NCBI GenBank assembly: GCA_035084275.1
Contig: CM068769.1
Coordinates: 1,364,229 to 1,428,000 of the forward strand
DNA length: 63,772 nt
DNA from: Hydrolagus colliei
Lineage: Eukaryota
Direction of reading: 5' to 3'
Shown here: positions 50,880 through 63,495 of the stretch, piece by piece
Position numbering within the stretch: the stretch's first letter is position 1
Layout: each line of letters starts with the position of its first letter
Program-made: the position numbers and the translations under genes
Notes under the pieces: model-generated
Database searches by the model: none
Seen by the model: the letters and a program-made list of their open reading frames with translations, nothing else
What the model was told of the DNA's origin: nothing

Positions 50880-51233
50880 TATCCGTTTGATATAGTGCCT
50901 TACCACGTCATAGATACGTCGAGGAGCGCTTCCCCATTTATACAGGTTTTGCGTTTACTGTCTATGTTGTGGGATAAATGCGGCACATTACTGCGAACGG
51001 CAGTGATTCACAAAAAGTCGTGGATTGAAGTGATCACTTTAAGTAGGAATTATCACACGCGGAAAAGTCATCCACTGTTAGATTAATAATCGGATTCCTA
51101 TTTACTCCTGTGTACGCAGAAGCATGTCGTGCTAGAAAACAATGGCCGAGTTTTTGGCCTGCTGGGATACGAACCAGCGATCTTATCGTTTCTGAAACGA
51201 GTGCTCTAATCATTGAGCTCCAGCAAACTCAGC
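50880..51233 (-). mobile_element. tRNA-derived SINE abutting a V RSS nonamer
   Basis: gagctcaatgattagagc...ggttcgtatccc head followed by full body and tail. Confidence 0.75.
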
Positions 51234-51234
51234 A

Positions 51235-51729
51235 TGATTTTGTACGGGCTCCTCTTAGACACGCAGGTCTCTGCTGCACAGAAGTAAGTGACGGTGCCTG
51301 TCACCCTCACGTCTCTGATTGACAATGTGCTGTTCTTCTCTTTTCCATTAGCCAAAGCACTTATCCTCTCCTCCGACTTTACCTCTCTTTGTCTCAACAC
51401 TAATAACCCTACGGAGCCGTTTGCATTCTGTTTGTACCACTGGAGGAACCGAACTTCTCCATTGGTCCTGCACTCTATAGATGCATTTCCATTTTCGTTC
51501 TCTACCATGGACAGAGGTATGTGTGTCACGTCGCTTTCAGCCAAAACACCTGGAAAATAGAAATGAATAATCTTGGAGCGAAATTTGGTGAAAACAAGCA
51601 CTTCCATCGACAAGTTTTATGATTTCACAGTAACGCCATGCAGTGATTCTCCAACTAAATATCTGACTTACATAACAATGTTTACACTAAATTTACAAAG
51701 ATATATAATCGGTTGAAATTCGGCTTAAT
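51235..51729 (-). pseudogene. TCR V family B pseudogene (V exon open, heptamer deleted, leader dead)
   Basis: V exon 51267-51549 is open (SIEC...LQWYKQ...TYFCAAE). Spacer and nonamer ACAAAATCA are retained but the heptamer is absent. Leader 51672-51729 starts ATT and contains TAA. Confidence 0.88.
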
Positions 51730-52534
51730 TCTCTGGTTGAAATACAACGAACGTTCGGCAGAACGCTGTTGAACGTTTATACAAGGTTGTCTGGATTGTT
51801 TAGCTGTGCAGGTGATAATTATATTCTCGGTGACGCCTTCACCCACAGCTCACTTCCGGCATGTTTGCTTGTGGTAAACTGTGCATTCGTTAGGAGACTA
51901 TCATCAGTGTCCATGCTTACTGCTCGGTAAACAGAGCCATGTGCGTGGATGAAAATCAACATGACTAGTCTTTCTGCCTACCCCAGAAGGAAAACAAGTC
52001 CACATATGCTTTTAAAACGCCAATACTTTGGTGAATGGCCTACCTCGTATTGCTAAAACCATCATAATCGTCAGGATTTTGGCTTGCAGGATTAATAGGA
52101 GAGTGTAATGAATCCCCGTTCCCAATGAGATATCCACTCTTCTGGGTCCTACTGATGAACCAGCCTGGCCTACCCTGTCACCAGCGATTCGTGAAATGCT
52201 GCGAACTTTTCTACCTACAGAGACATGTGTACCTCTTTAGCTGGACTAGAGACCGTCACAGATGATTGGATGGATTCTGACATTTCGTTGCAAAATTCCA
52301 GATCATCTGCCGTGAGAACTGCTTCCTTCCACAAGGAGGAGAAGTGATTTTACTCAGAAAATTGTGGACATTTACACAGTACGACGGCATCCGCTGTCGG
52401 CAGAGAAGCGGTACTGCAGATTTTCAGTTTTTAATTGAGTACACAGTAAATTACATTTAATTACTACATTCCTTCACGACACAGAACCGTGGAAAGATAA
52501 AGACGACGGGAATTTGCTTCTCTGTTTAACGCAT

Positions 52535-53600
52535 CTCTAGTGGCTGTCGGGTAGAAAGCAGGGAGTAGAGATGAACGGGTCATTCGCAAATTGGCAGGAT
52601 GCGATTAGCGTAGTGCCACAAGGATCAGTGTATGTGCCTCAGCTATTTACTATTTACATCAATGAAATGGACGAGGACATTGAATGTAATGTATCTCAAT
52701 TCGCGGATGATACTAAACCACGTTGCAGAGTGAGATCTGATGGTGATGCAACAATATATAGATAGTATAGGGGAGTGTGCAAGTAGATGGCACATGGGAT
52801 TCAATATTAGCACGTGTGAAATATTTCACCTAGTTAGCAAGTATAAAAAATAGATTACTTTCTAGAGTAGGAGAAGTTAGTTGGTGTTAGTTTTCAAAGT
52901 GATTTCGGTGTCTTTGTACACCAGTCCCAAAAAGTTAGTTTGCAGCTGTAGAAAGCAAATAAGAAAGCGAACGGCATGCATGCGTTCATTTCAAAAGGTT
53001 TAGAGTACAAGAGTAGTGAAGTCTTGCGCAACTATATAGGGCTTTGATGAGACCGCACCTCGAGTATTGTATGCAGTTTTGGTCTCCTTATTTTAAAAAG
53101 GACATACTTGTCTTAGAGGTGGTGCAATGTAGATTCACTAGGTTAGTTCATGGGATGAGCGGACTTACCTATGTGGATAGGGTGAATAAATTACGGCTGC
53201 ATTCTGTAGAGTACAGAAGAATTAGGGGGCATCTTATTAAAACGTATAAGATTTTTAAAGGGCTACAATAAGTAGACACTGAGGGACTGCTTCCCCTGAT
53301 TGGATAATATATAACCAGCGGTCACAGTCTTAACATTAAGACCTTTTAGAACAGAGTTGAGGAAACATTTCTTCACTCAGATTGTAGTGAATTTATGGAA
53401 TTCACTACCCCAGAAGCTGGCAGATGCTCAGTCCCTGAAGCCTTTTCAAGGCTGAGACTGATAGATTTTTAAAAATAGAGGTATTAGGGGATATGGGGAT
53501 ACGGCAGGTAATTAGAATTAGGTCAGAAGGTCAGCCATGAACTTATTGAATGGCGGGGCAGGTTCGAAGGACCGAATGGCCCACTTCTGCTCCCAATTAT
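52535..53600 (+). mobile_element. Decayed CR1 LINE 3' portion
   Basis: VPQGSVYVPQLF, FADDTK, RPHLEYCMQFWSP and CR1 3' UTR. Confidence 0.85.
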
Positions 53601-53829
53601 TAATGTACTATGGTTACCGAATGGGCCTCCACCAGTTTCTCAGGCAATGCATTCCAGTATCGCTGAGTGAAAAAACTTCTCCTCCCCTCCCCTCTGCTTC
53701 TTTCAGAAATTGTCTCAATTTGATCATCTTAACTGCAAACCGTTGACTCCGTTCACATAGACGTGATTGAGGAGCAGGGAATCCTCCCACTGTACTCATA
53801 CAGCAACAAATTCGCATATGGGATGTTGA

Positions 53830-54275
53830 TAATAATAATCCTTCCATTTGATATAGTGTCTTTATTGCATCTTCTAGAGGTCTCGAATCACTTCTCGAAA
53901 TGTACCAATAAGTGTATACTGACTGCGTATTTTGTGGGTGGAACGCAGCAGCAAATTGCCCGTATCAAATCTCTTTTCCCATCTTCTCGATAGCTCAACT
54001 GCTTCACACAATATACTGTTTAGCGAACTGACTCTACATTTGTGATTTAAACGCGGCAGCCACTTGCGCACAGCATCGTCCCCCATATATCCACATTCGT
54101 GGATTTAAATGACCAATTTTATTATTGTTTTTTTTTGTGGGTTTATTATCAGGCGTGTATAAAATTTAGTATTACTGTGTTACTTTATGGAAACTTGCCC
54201 AAAGTTCCGCCTTTGCCTGCTTGGATTTGAACTTGTAAGGTGAGTGTTCTAACAACTGAGCTACAGGAGCTAAAC
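53830..54275 (-). mobile_element. tRNA-derived SINE
   Basis: ctgtagctcagttgttagaacactc...gttcaaatcc head with body. Confidence 0.7.
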
Positions 54276-54517
54276 AATAGTGCATGTGAGTGATAGGCAA
54301 TGAAATGCATCAAGTGACTTGGAGATTGCATTTCGATCAACAAAAGCCTTGTGATAATTAGCTTATTGATGAAGCTTTGTACAATTCGGATCAAGCAGCA
54401 ATAGTGTATGTGAGGGAAGCAATGTCAACGGCAACATGACACACCTGTGAGAGCTGCCAATGACGTTAGTTGCAGAGAAGCACACGGCAAGTTATATCCG
54501 TTGCAGTTGTGTTCAGT

Positions 54518-54531
54518 GCGCCACCTGGTGG
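54518..54531 (-). promoter_or_regulatory. CTCF motif (consensus match)
   Basis: Minus strand CCACCAGGTGGCGC. Confidence 0.75.
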
Positions 54532-56239
54532 TGGTTTGCAGCTACAGCAGGTTTACGATTGTGTACAATTTGAAAGCAAATTGTTTTATGACTGTATTGA
54601 ATTCTCTCGTCCTTTCTCCATCCGTGGAAGAATATACCTTCGTCTCGTATCCCGGATTGTTCCTCATTTTCTCCAAGCTTTATTAGAAAATTGGACGCGA
54701 ATTTAATCCAAAATTGCTTGGCGTATTCATGTTTATAATTGCGCCCCACCCCCATCCTTCGGCCTACCACACCCAATCATTTAAGTTAATTATTTGATTA
54801 TTTATTGTACCTGTTTATATTATTTGACAGAACATTGAGTTGACATTGGTCATGCTACAGTATCGCAACAATAAATATACATCTATAAAGCGTGATTCAC
54901 ATTGGGAGGAGTTCCAAGTTCACTACATTCAGGTTACTTATTGGAATAATAAAATTAAGCATGTTGTTTTCATTATGCATTGCTGTTTTGCATCAATAAT
55001 ACAATTTGTATTCTTTCTTTGGCGCATTGCCGATAGGTATCATAGTATGTTTAGTGTGCACTTTGATTCCAGGCGTTAATTGAACCAGTTATACGTGGTC
55101 AACGTGACTGAGTTAATCAGTAATCCACGCCTCGGAAGCAGAATATTGTGAATATTGTTAACGTCATATTTTTGACAGAAGACAGAGCAGTGAAGCTCAA
55201 TGTGCTTTCGTGTCACATTCATGTTACAGAATTAGTTATGGCCCGTCTTGAAACGATGGATGTGTTTTGTCACTGTGACAAACCTGACCCTAAGCTTTGC
55301 ACATTTCCGACGAAATCTATCTGCCTTGTAACCCCCAACCCCCCACTCCTGCCTGCCACTAGTGTCCAGAACCAGACTTGTTTGGTTTGCTGACACAGTA
55401 GGGCCAGTTAGAGAAGCACAGTTAGTAGGAGTGTGTATGTTGAGAAGTCTGAAGCTGATTTATGGTGTAGCAGCCGGAATCCAGCATTGTATTCTACATA
55501 GAACTGGGAGTACGATACTTTTATTCTATTACATATTGTATGTGAAACTATCATTTATGAATTTACTATTACGTAATAATATTTAATCAATTGCTTATCT
55601 CTTAAACCATACTTATTGTAATAAAATCATTCACAACTTTACAAAGGCTTGTTGGGTCCTGACTCTCGAGATTTGAAATCACAACACTTCTCCCTCCCCG
55701 TAGCATGACATTGGACTCCCAGTTTGATAAGTGCTATGAGATGACTACTGTCATGAAGGGTACTGTAAAATGCAGGTTGATGTTGCTAAATCCCATCTGC
55801 ATGTTCAGACAGATACCAAAGATTCTACCGCATTATTCGAAAAGAGAATCAAGTTCTCTAAGCCCCCGATAAGATTGGTCACGCATTGAATGGCAGCCTG
55901 AGCTGTTGCTATATACAGGTTAACTGCCATGTTCCTGCATATAAAACGCAGTAATTAATGGCCATCTGAACAGGCACAGGTGATGCATAAAATTTATGGT
56001 GTACATCAGGAATTTGTATTTATTTTGGTCGAGTCTATTACCCCAAACCTGATGTACTCTTCAGCGTAAAGTTATACTGAGGTCCACACTCCCACTACAG
56101 TTGGAGATTATGGATACATCGACAACATTTGGAAGCACATCAACAAAATAACATTTGTATAACGCCTTTCACGACAGGAGGAGAACACCAACAATAGCTT
56201 CGATTTATATAGTACCCTCCATGTCGAACGGCGTCACAG

Positions 56240-56560
56240 AGCGTATCAGAATAGCGGTTCGCGGGACCGAGTCAGGTGCAGGGATAGAAAGGTGACCAAA
56301 GATGCAGTCGAAATGAAGAGGGAGGACGTCCCAAGTCGCTGGATATTTATTGATTCAGATGCACGTTGAGGACATTGGGGATGGAAGGAATGCCGATGGG
56401 TCCATCGAAGAGGAAAGTCTTGAGATTGGAATGAATTACGTAGTGGTGAGGATTTCGGGATCAAATTCCAGATGTTGGGCGCAGCGTGGCTAAAGGCACT
56501 CCCATCGATGAGTGGGCGGATGGATCGGGGAACGGGGAGCAGGCCAGAGGCTACAATAGA
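56240..56560 (-). mobile_element. L2-like 3' fragment
   Basis: AFSHAAPNIWN motif and ttgggacgtcctcc tail. Confidence 0.6.
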
Positions 56561-57464
56561 GAATCCCCCTATGACTGAGCGAACCACCACACAGAATATA
56601 TTGGATGTACACATTTGCGATCTTTGCCTGCCACGTTTCGCCCATAAAATATACAGGCAATTCAGTTCACAGTGTGTTCTGCGAAACGCTTTGCGACTTC
56701 GATTAGACGTTAAAAATGCTATATCGAATGCAAGGATTACATTACAATTCTTATCTAGTAGTGTACAAATTTACTGCTGTCTCTATAGTTAATAATAGGT
56801 GACATCATTCTCCAGTGGAAAGGATAAATACAAGTGTTAATCGGTGTATTTAGTAAAGCACTTTGCACGTTTTTCAGATTACGAGAAGTAGTTGACAAGA
56901 AGCGTAATGTGAATTGAATGTACATTTTTTGTTGGAAATCGCCAGTAACGTGCAAGCGAAAGTTTCCCACTAAAAGTCTTGAAATCACCAATTCGTTATT
57001 TGTTTCTCTTGAGGGATTATTAACAGCTTTATGGAGCAAGGAATCTTGTTGAAGGGTCACACTGATGTTCGTGAATCAAACAAAGGTCTCTTGCTTGTGA
57101 ACTGGTGATGAGCAAGATACATGCAGAATATCTGAGTCAGCCAAAAATAATAATAATAATAATAATCCTTGGATTTGATGTAGCGCTTTTCACATCTTAT
57201 AATCGTCTAAAGAGCTTCGCAGAATATACTGTGAAATTAATGGAATATATTTGAGGGCGAATTGTTGAAATCAGTGTCCCACAACAGTCGTGGATTGAAA
57301 TGACCAATTTGAGTCAAGCATTAGCTACAGATATACGAGAGGGTGTGAGTGACCATGTTGGAAAGGAAGGAATGTGCTGGGCATACCAATATTGTTTGTG
57401 TGATCAATTCTTCATAGTTTGGTGTACATTACCCCTGAAAAGTGATCTGCCAATTCACTATTAT

Positions 57465-57745
57465 TACGATTAATAAATGCATGTAGTGTAACGCTTTTCA
57501 TGTCTTCTGTACATCTCAAAGTACATCACGGAATATTCTCCAAAAGTTAATTGACTAGTTATTTGTAGGAGAAACACCGCAACCAATTGCACACTCACAA
57601 TTGAATTGACCAATTTGATATTTTCTTCCCGAGGGATTTTATCAGGTATGTGGGTGAAGGAAACTTGGCCATGGTTTTGCCATTCCTGGAATTGAATCCA
57701 GTTTCCTCGCTTGCAAAGCGAGTGCTCTAACCAGGATTCCAGAAC
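57465..57745 (-). mobile_element. tRNA-derived SINE
   Basis: ggttagagcactcgctttgcaagcgagg...ggattcaattcc head. Confidence 0.7.
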
Positions 57746-58959
57746 TGCACAACTGATGAACAATGAAGTTTCTACTCGGTGCTTGATAAACAGAGGTTTG
57801 CGGAGGAAGGACTAAATGCTCGGGAGTCAAATATGGATCCCATTGCTTGTGAGGTAAGTGGTACAAACGACACAGTATAGAACTCTTCATGAAGCGAATT
57901 GTAGATTACTTGAAGGATTGTAAAATGGATCCGTTTTAAAATGGAGACAGTGGAGACCCTCTTTATCAAGGATATTTGATGCCTAATGCAGTTACGGCAA
58001 CTGTTCCACTTCTCAACGATGAAAACTCTGAATATATAGAACACCAACCAGCCCCCCATTACCCACCCAACCACTCCACAACACACTATATTTAATTACC
58101 AGCGTGGACTCCTAATGTGACCTGAATTGGCGATTGGACCTCTGGATGTCTGACTGACACATACAATACCAGGTTGATAAATCAATCAGAAAGTCACAGT
58201 TGCTAACATGGGTGTTATACATGCCTCTACGAAATGTTCTATTCCCTGATGTAGATTAAGTGCGGTTGTTCACTCGCCTGTAACTGAAACACTTTATTGT
58301 GCAATTTAGCTGGTCTCGGTGGAGGATCTTCTTCCATTATATGTTAGAATGTCTTTCAAAACGCAGAAGTCACTGATGTTGTACGACTCATTGGCTCACT
58401 GTATTGAAGAACATGGCTTCCCCACTAATAGTACAGATAGGTTTCAGTTTTTTTCAATTTTCTGGTAGGGATAGGTATTCACGGTAAGAAACGTTGTATA
58501 TTTGAAATGTTCTAAATGTGGTTTCCAAGCATTTGTAGTTATTCAACAGAAACAGTTTACCTATAGGTCTCCCTGCCCTTTTTGTCCATCTATCATTATT
58601 TGGATGCGACGCTATTTGCTCTGAGGTGGATCGGGACGGAGTCAGAGATATTGTCCTATCGCTCACTTTATTCAATGTCCATCTCAATATTTGCCATTTT
58701 TTTCACACTTTTGGTCATCTTTCCCAGTCCGGTCTGCTGCGTTTATCCACCGACCTTGGCTGCCAAGTCAGGACTGTTCAGTAGCTTGGGTCTTCCTCCC
58801 AGCTTTCTGCATACAAAGGAGTTGAGTAAATTTAAAATTGTATTGTCTTGTTTTTTCTCCTGTCGATTTCCAAACAAATCCGTGCTACGATTTCCTAATT
58901 GGGATACTAATTGACTTACAACCTCAACTTTTCATTCCTATGTTAATGTAACCATCTGT

Positions 58960-59273
58960 TGTGGAGTTATGTAGCTGAGTAGTTAGAGCACTCGCCTTGC
59001 TAACTGGATATTTGGGTTCAATTCCAGGCAGAGCGAAGCCTTGGGTGTGTTTTCTTACTCCAAATACCAATAATAATCCCTCAATTAAAAAGCGATAATA
59101 AGTTTGTCATTTGAATCCTCGACAGTTTGTTGGATCCTGTTGTGCGCAATTCGTTGCCGCGATTTGCCCATTTCTATGCAGTCAATTGTCTTTACAGTGC
59201 TGCTTGGGAAGCACTATAAAATGTCCTGAAGACATGAAAGTTCAATACCAAACGCAAGGATAACAATTATTAT
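58960..59273 (+). mobile_element. tRNA-derived SINE (full length)
   Basis: tgtggagttatgtagctgag...gggttcaattcc head, body and tail. Confidence 0.75.
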
Positions 59274-60099
59274 CTTTTAGTCTTTGACTTTCTTGAATTA
59301 CAAGGCACTACAAGTTACACTTATGTTGCATCTGCATCGTCAGGAGGACATTTCACATCACTTGACGCTGATGGCTGAGCAGATGTTCATGAAGGCCGTC
59401 GGTGGAAGTCGAAGGGGGGGAGATGTGCATAAAGGACAATACAGTATATTTTGTGACAGGCATTGGACATGGGAATTGTGTAACTGGCTAAGGATGGCAA
59501 TACTTATGGTGGAGTTTCAGAGAAATGGAAGTGGGTGGCGAATGATTGTTTGGTGCCCAGATATTTCATGGGGACATGAAGTAGACAACTGTCTGCTGCA
59601 CGAAGAGAGTATCCGGGTCTATAAGAATACATGGTATCACAGTGAGAAGGTGAAACTGCGGGAAGTCGATTTGAAGCTATGCACAAGCATTTTCAATCCG
59701 AGGCTCAGCTCTCTTGAGTTTGCGTGTTGAATGTGGCAACATTACCATTGATCCCAATTTGCTGCCACACAACATTGCCATGCAAGGGTCGTTAAATGTC
59801 AAGAGATCAGGGGTTACTTTATTTACAACCTCCACACATTGTAGACCCCAACTGATAAAATTTTAACTATTTTAGCATGAAATCTAGAAAAGTGTGATAA
59901 GATCTATGATGTAATGTGAAGGCAATTCTTTCAGTCTCATTTTCGATTGATAATAATATTAACCAACGCAGCAAACACCTTGTGATACAGCATTGCATTG
60001 CAGTCACATTTAGAAGAATTGAAAAGTATAAATTTTAAAGACTGTTGAATATATTTGGTTGGTGAATGCACATCCAATTTTACACATCAATCTCCAACA

Positions 60100-61100
60100 A
60101 ACCTCAAACAACAGTTGGAACATGCATTGAGGTGAAGTTTGGAAGTGTCTGTGGAAAAGGAAAGGTTGAAGGAGTAAAAAAGTAGAGGAACAAATTCGTG
60201 GAGCGTAGCCGGAGGGTGAGTGGACATAATGGAATCGACCGAGTAGACATAGTGGATTTTCTGTCGACTATGATGATGATTAGCGAGGAGTGTGAGAGTC
60301 GAACGAAAGGAAGGATGGAGGTGTAGATAAGGCTCCGAGATTGAGGTGGAGAAGAGTGATGGTAAGCAAATCGAAGTGGCTGAACAGATTACCTCATTTG
60401 TGGTCTTGGTTTGTGCTGGTGAATTCGATAGCCGTCTTATCCTTGCTTTATTAAGTTACCTTGGAAAAAATATGAAGATTTAGCAACGTCAAGCGTAGCC
60501 TAATAAATTATGATGGGTTCCAGCCAGGTATTTCAATGGACAGTTGAATTAAGTTTGAGCCAGGCGCCTTTGTCAGCAAACAGATCTATCTTACGCAAGC
60601 AGACATGTATTGGGTACCAGATTAATTTTCCGAGGAGACCATTGCTTGGGTCTTCAGGTAGTGTGCAGGGAGAGTTCTGTGTGGAGGGGAGCGGGGTGCA
60701 GGCAACGTGATCCAAATTGCCAAAGAGATAGCTCTCGTAGAGTGAGATCATGGAGGACAAGTTATTGTTGGAGGAAGCCCACAGTTAGTTGAGTTCAGTT
60801 TCAGTGCAGCAGAGAAGCTATGAAGGGGCGATTATTTATACAGTTGTGATAGAAGGTGCAGCTGGGACGAGTCGCACTCCATGATGGATTGAATAGTGAA
60901 AGAAAATGAAGTAGTTGTCTAAGAAGGCAATAGCACTAATAGTTCAGGTAGAAATGTTGAGGCAACAGGTGCTAACTTGATCAAACAGATGGCCAACTAT
61001 GTGGAGGGAAAGTTGTTGAGAACAAAGGATAAGTCGGAGGAGAAAAAGTAAGATGGTGTTAGGGGGAAGTGAAGTGTACGTCCAAATTACCGAGGATAAG
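60100..61100 (-). mobile_element. Probable decayed LINE (L2/CR1) ORF2 endonuclease region
   Basis: Pyrimidine-rich coding-like remnant with an NLHLN-like motif; weak. Confidence 0.35.
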
Positions 61101-61310
61101 GAGGCATTCCGTGCAGATCGACTTATACGACTGGGCCTTCAATGAAATTAAAGCCACCGTTTCAGTTAGCAAAATACTGTTGGCTGGAGAACCAACATCT
61201 AGGTCGAAGACAACAACATTTGCTCATTCAAATACCAGCCTTAGGAATGCTCTGTTGGGTGTTCTGAGCACTTTTCAACAGGAAAAGATTAAACATTCAA
61301 ATCAGTAACT

Positions 61311-61600
61311 TGTGGAATCCTGTAGTTCAGCAGGTAGAGCACTTGTATTAGAAGAGAGAGACCTGGATCCAATTCCAAGCAGCTTATGGTGAAACTTTGG
61401 GCATTTTTCCTTACACAACACACTGCGATAATAATCCGACCAAAACAATTGTCATTTCAACTGTGTATTGACTGTGATGTGTGTAATTTGTTGTCATGTT
61501 TCTTCCACAAATACACAGTCAATTCACTCATCATTATATTCTATACAGCGTTTTGAGACGTCGATGTGAGAATCGCTATATCAAATGCATGGATTACTAC
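61311..61600 (+). mobile_element. tRNA-derived SINE
   Basis: tgtggaatcctgtagttcagc head, body and tail. Confidence 0.7.
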
Positions 61601-62319
61601 TTCGGTCCTCTTGGTGCTGGTAACACAATTTCACGTTCCAGAATGTTATCTTGCAGATGCTGCAGCAAACCGTCCCTCTCCTTAATCTATCTATGATTAT
61701 GTTGCGATCATTTAATTCGCCTATTGTTACTATTCTAATGGTTTTTTATATTTCGGAAATCTGCTTGCCGATTTGCTTGTCTATCGTGGTTCCACTATTC
61801 GATTTTCTATAGTGTACAAACAGAGAACATGTCCCTTTCGCCCCTAAATTTTAACCAAATAAGTTCTGTATTTTAACTCTCTTTCATATCGACCCTTTTC
61901 CGGGGCGGACTCTGTGTCTTTAAACAACTAAATTCATTGTCAACAGAATGTTCATTCCTGCCGTTGTTTGATAATGTTCTACATATTGCCACTACAGAAT
62001 GTGTATCTGTCTATAGATCTGTAAATGTATGGTTCTGTATTATGCACATTGATACATAAATGGTGTAAAATTAATATTCATCTCTCTGTGTGGGATGAAT
62101 TGTCTCCACATTCCGAATCACACAAATACTCAAGTCATGTCAACAGTTTTATTTAAATTCAACACATTAACCCATTGCAGTCACAAGTAATGAATCCATA
62201 AGAATCAGTTACAAACCAGGCTTAATTGTCGTTTTTCCCATTACTCAAACCATTTGATCCCTCTTCAGGTCTACACGATTGACAAACACGCATATCAAGA
62301 ACAACAAGAGCATCAACAT

Positions 62320-63060
62320 TGCACTTGCATAGCGCCTTTCACGTCGGGAGGACGTCCCAAAGTAAAGAAGTCTAGTCGGGAAACGACAGGTTGGTGTGTG
62401 TGTGTTTGGGGTGGGTGGTTGGTGGTCTAGAGAGACGAAGTAGGGGAAAGGGGAAGGAGCGTGGGAGAGAGGGAAGAGTTAGTGCGGCAGCCAAAGGCGC
62501 GGTCGAAGAGGAAGGACTTGAGACCGGCCTTGAAGGAGGAAATTGAGGAAACGAGTGGAGTGGCTGCGGGATGAAGCTCCACAGTGTGGGAGCAGAGAGG
62601 CGGAAAGCCGATGATTAGGCGGTTAGGGCGGTGGACGCGGAGCAGGTTTGATTCTGCTGAACGGAGGGAGCGGGCAGGCTGGTACGGAGGCAGCATGTCA
62701 GAGAGATAGACGGGGGCAAGGCCGTGAGTGGCTTTGAAATTGAGGAAGAGGATATTGAATTCGATCCTCCGGGTGATGGGGAGCCATTGGAGATGGGCAA
62801 GGGGGGGAGTGATGTGGTCGTGAAGCCTGGTACGGGAGAGTACAAGAGCTGCAGAATTCTTAATGTTAGGCAGCCTGTGAAGGGAGGGGCTGGGGAGGTT
62901 AACGAGGAGATAGTTCCCGTAATTGAGCCTGGAAGTGATGAAGTCGTGGATGAGGGTGTCGCGGGATAATGTAGTGGCGGTGTCTGGCGATATTGCGGAT
63001 GTGACTAAAGGCTGTGCCGGTCATGGAGCGGATGTGGGGGAGGAAGCATAGTTCAGGGTC
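62320..63060 (-). mobile_element. L2-like RT 3' portion
   Basis: LPPYQPARSLRSAESNLL and ISSFKAGLKSFLFDRAF motifs with ttgggacgtcctcccgacgtgaaaggcgc tail. Confidence 0.75.
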
Positions 63061-63269
63061 GAACAAGACGCTCAGATTCCTGATTGGCTTCGACGGGTGG
63101 AGCGAGTAGCCTTGACACTGATATTTTCAGCGCCTGAGATGCCCAGGCGCTGACGTGATCCCATCGGGAGTTTTTCCGTTTTGTAGACGGTGAGCTGTAG
63201 GAAATTTGTTACATTTGATATAAAGCTTTTTCCGACTTCCAGGCGTCTTCAAGCGCCAAAACGTTTAAT

Positions 63270-63495
63270 TTACCGTTTATTTGTTGGCGAAATGCAGCAG
63301 CCCATTGCTCACAGCAGTGTCCTTCAAAAAGTCGCAGATTAAAATGTCCAATTTATTATAAGTATTGATTGAGGGATTATTATTCTGCGTGTGGAGTAAG
63401 GAAACTTGTTGATGGTTTCGCTCCGACATGCCTGGATATGCAACGCAGGAATACGATTGTAAGGCGAGTGCTCAAAACACTGAGCTACATGATTC
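63270..63495 (-). mobile_element. tRNA-derived SINE
   Basis: gtagctcagtgttttgagcactcgcc head. Confidence 0.65.

Noticed and set aside
52780-52793. Opposite-orientation CTCF near-match CAAGTAGATGGCAC
   Set aside because: Lies in CR1 RT coding remnant (WASRWH) and is explained by transposon sequence.
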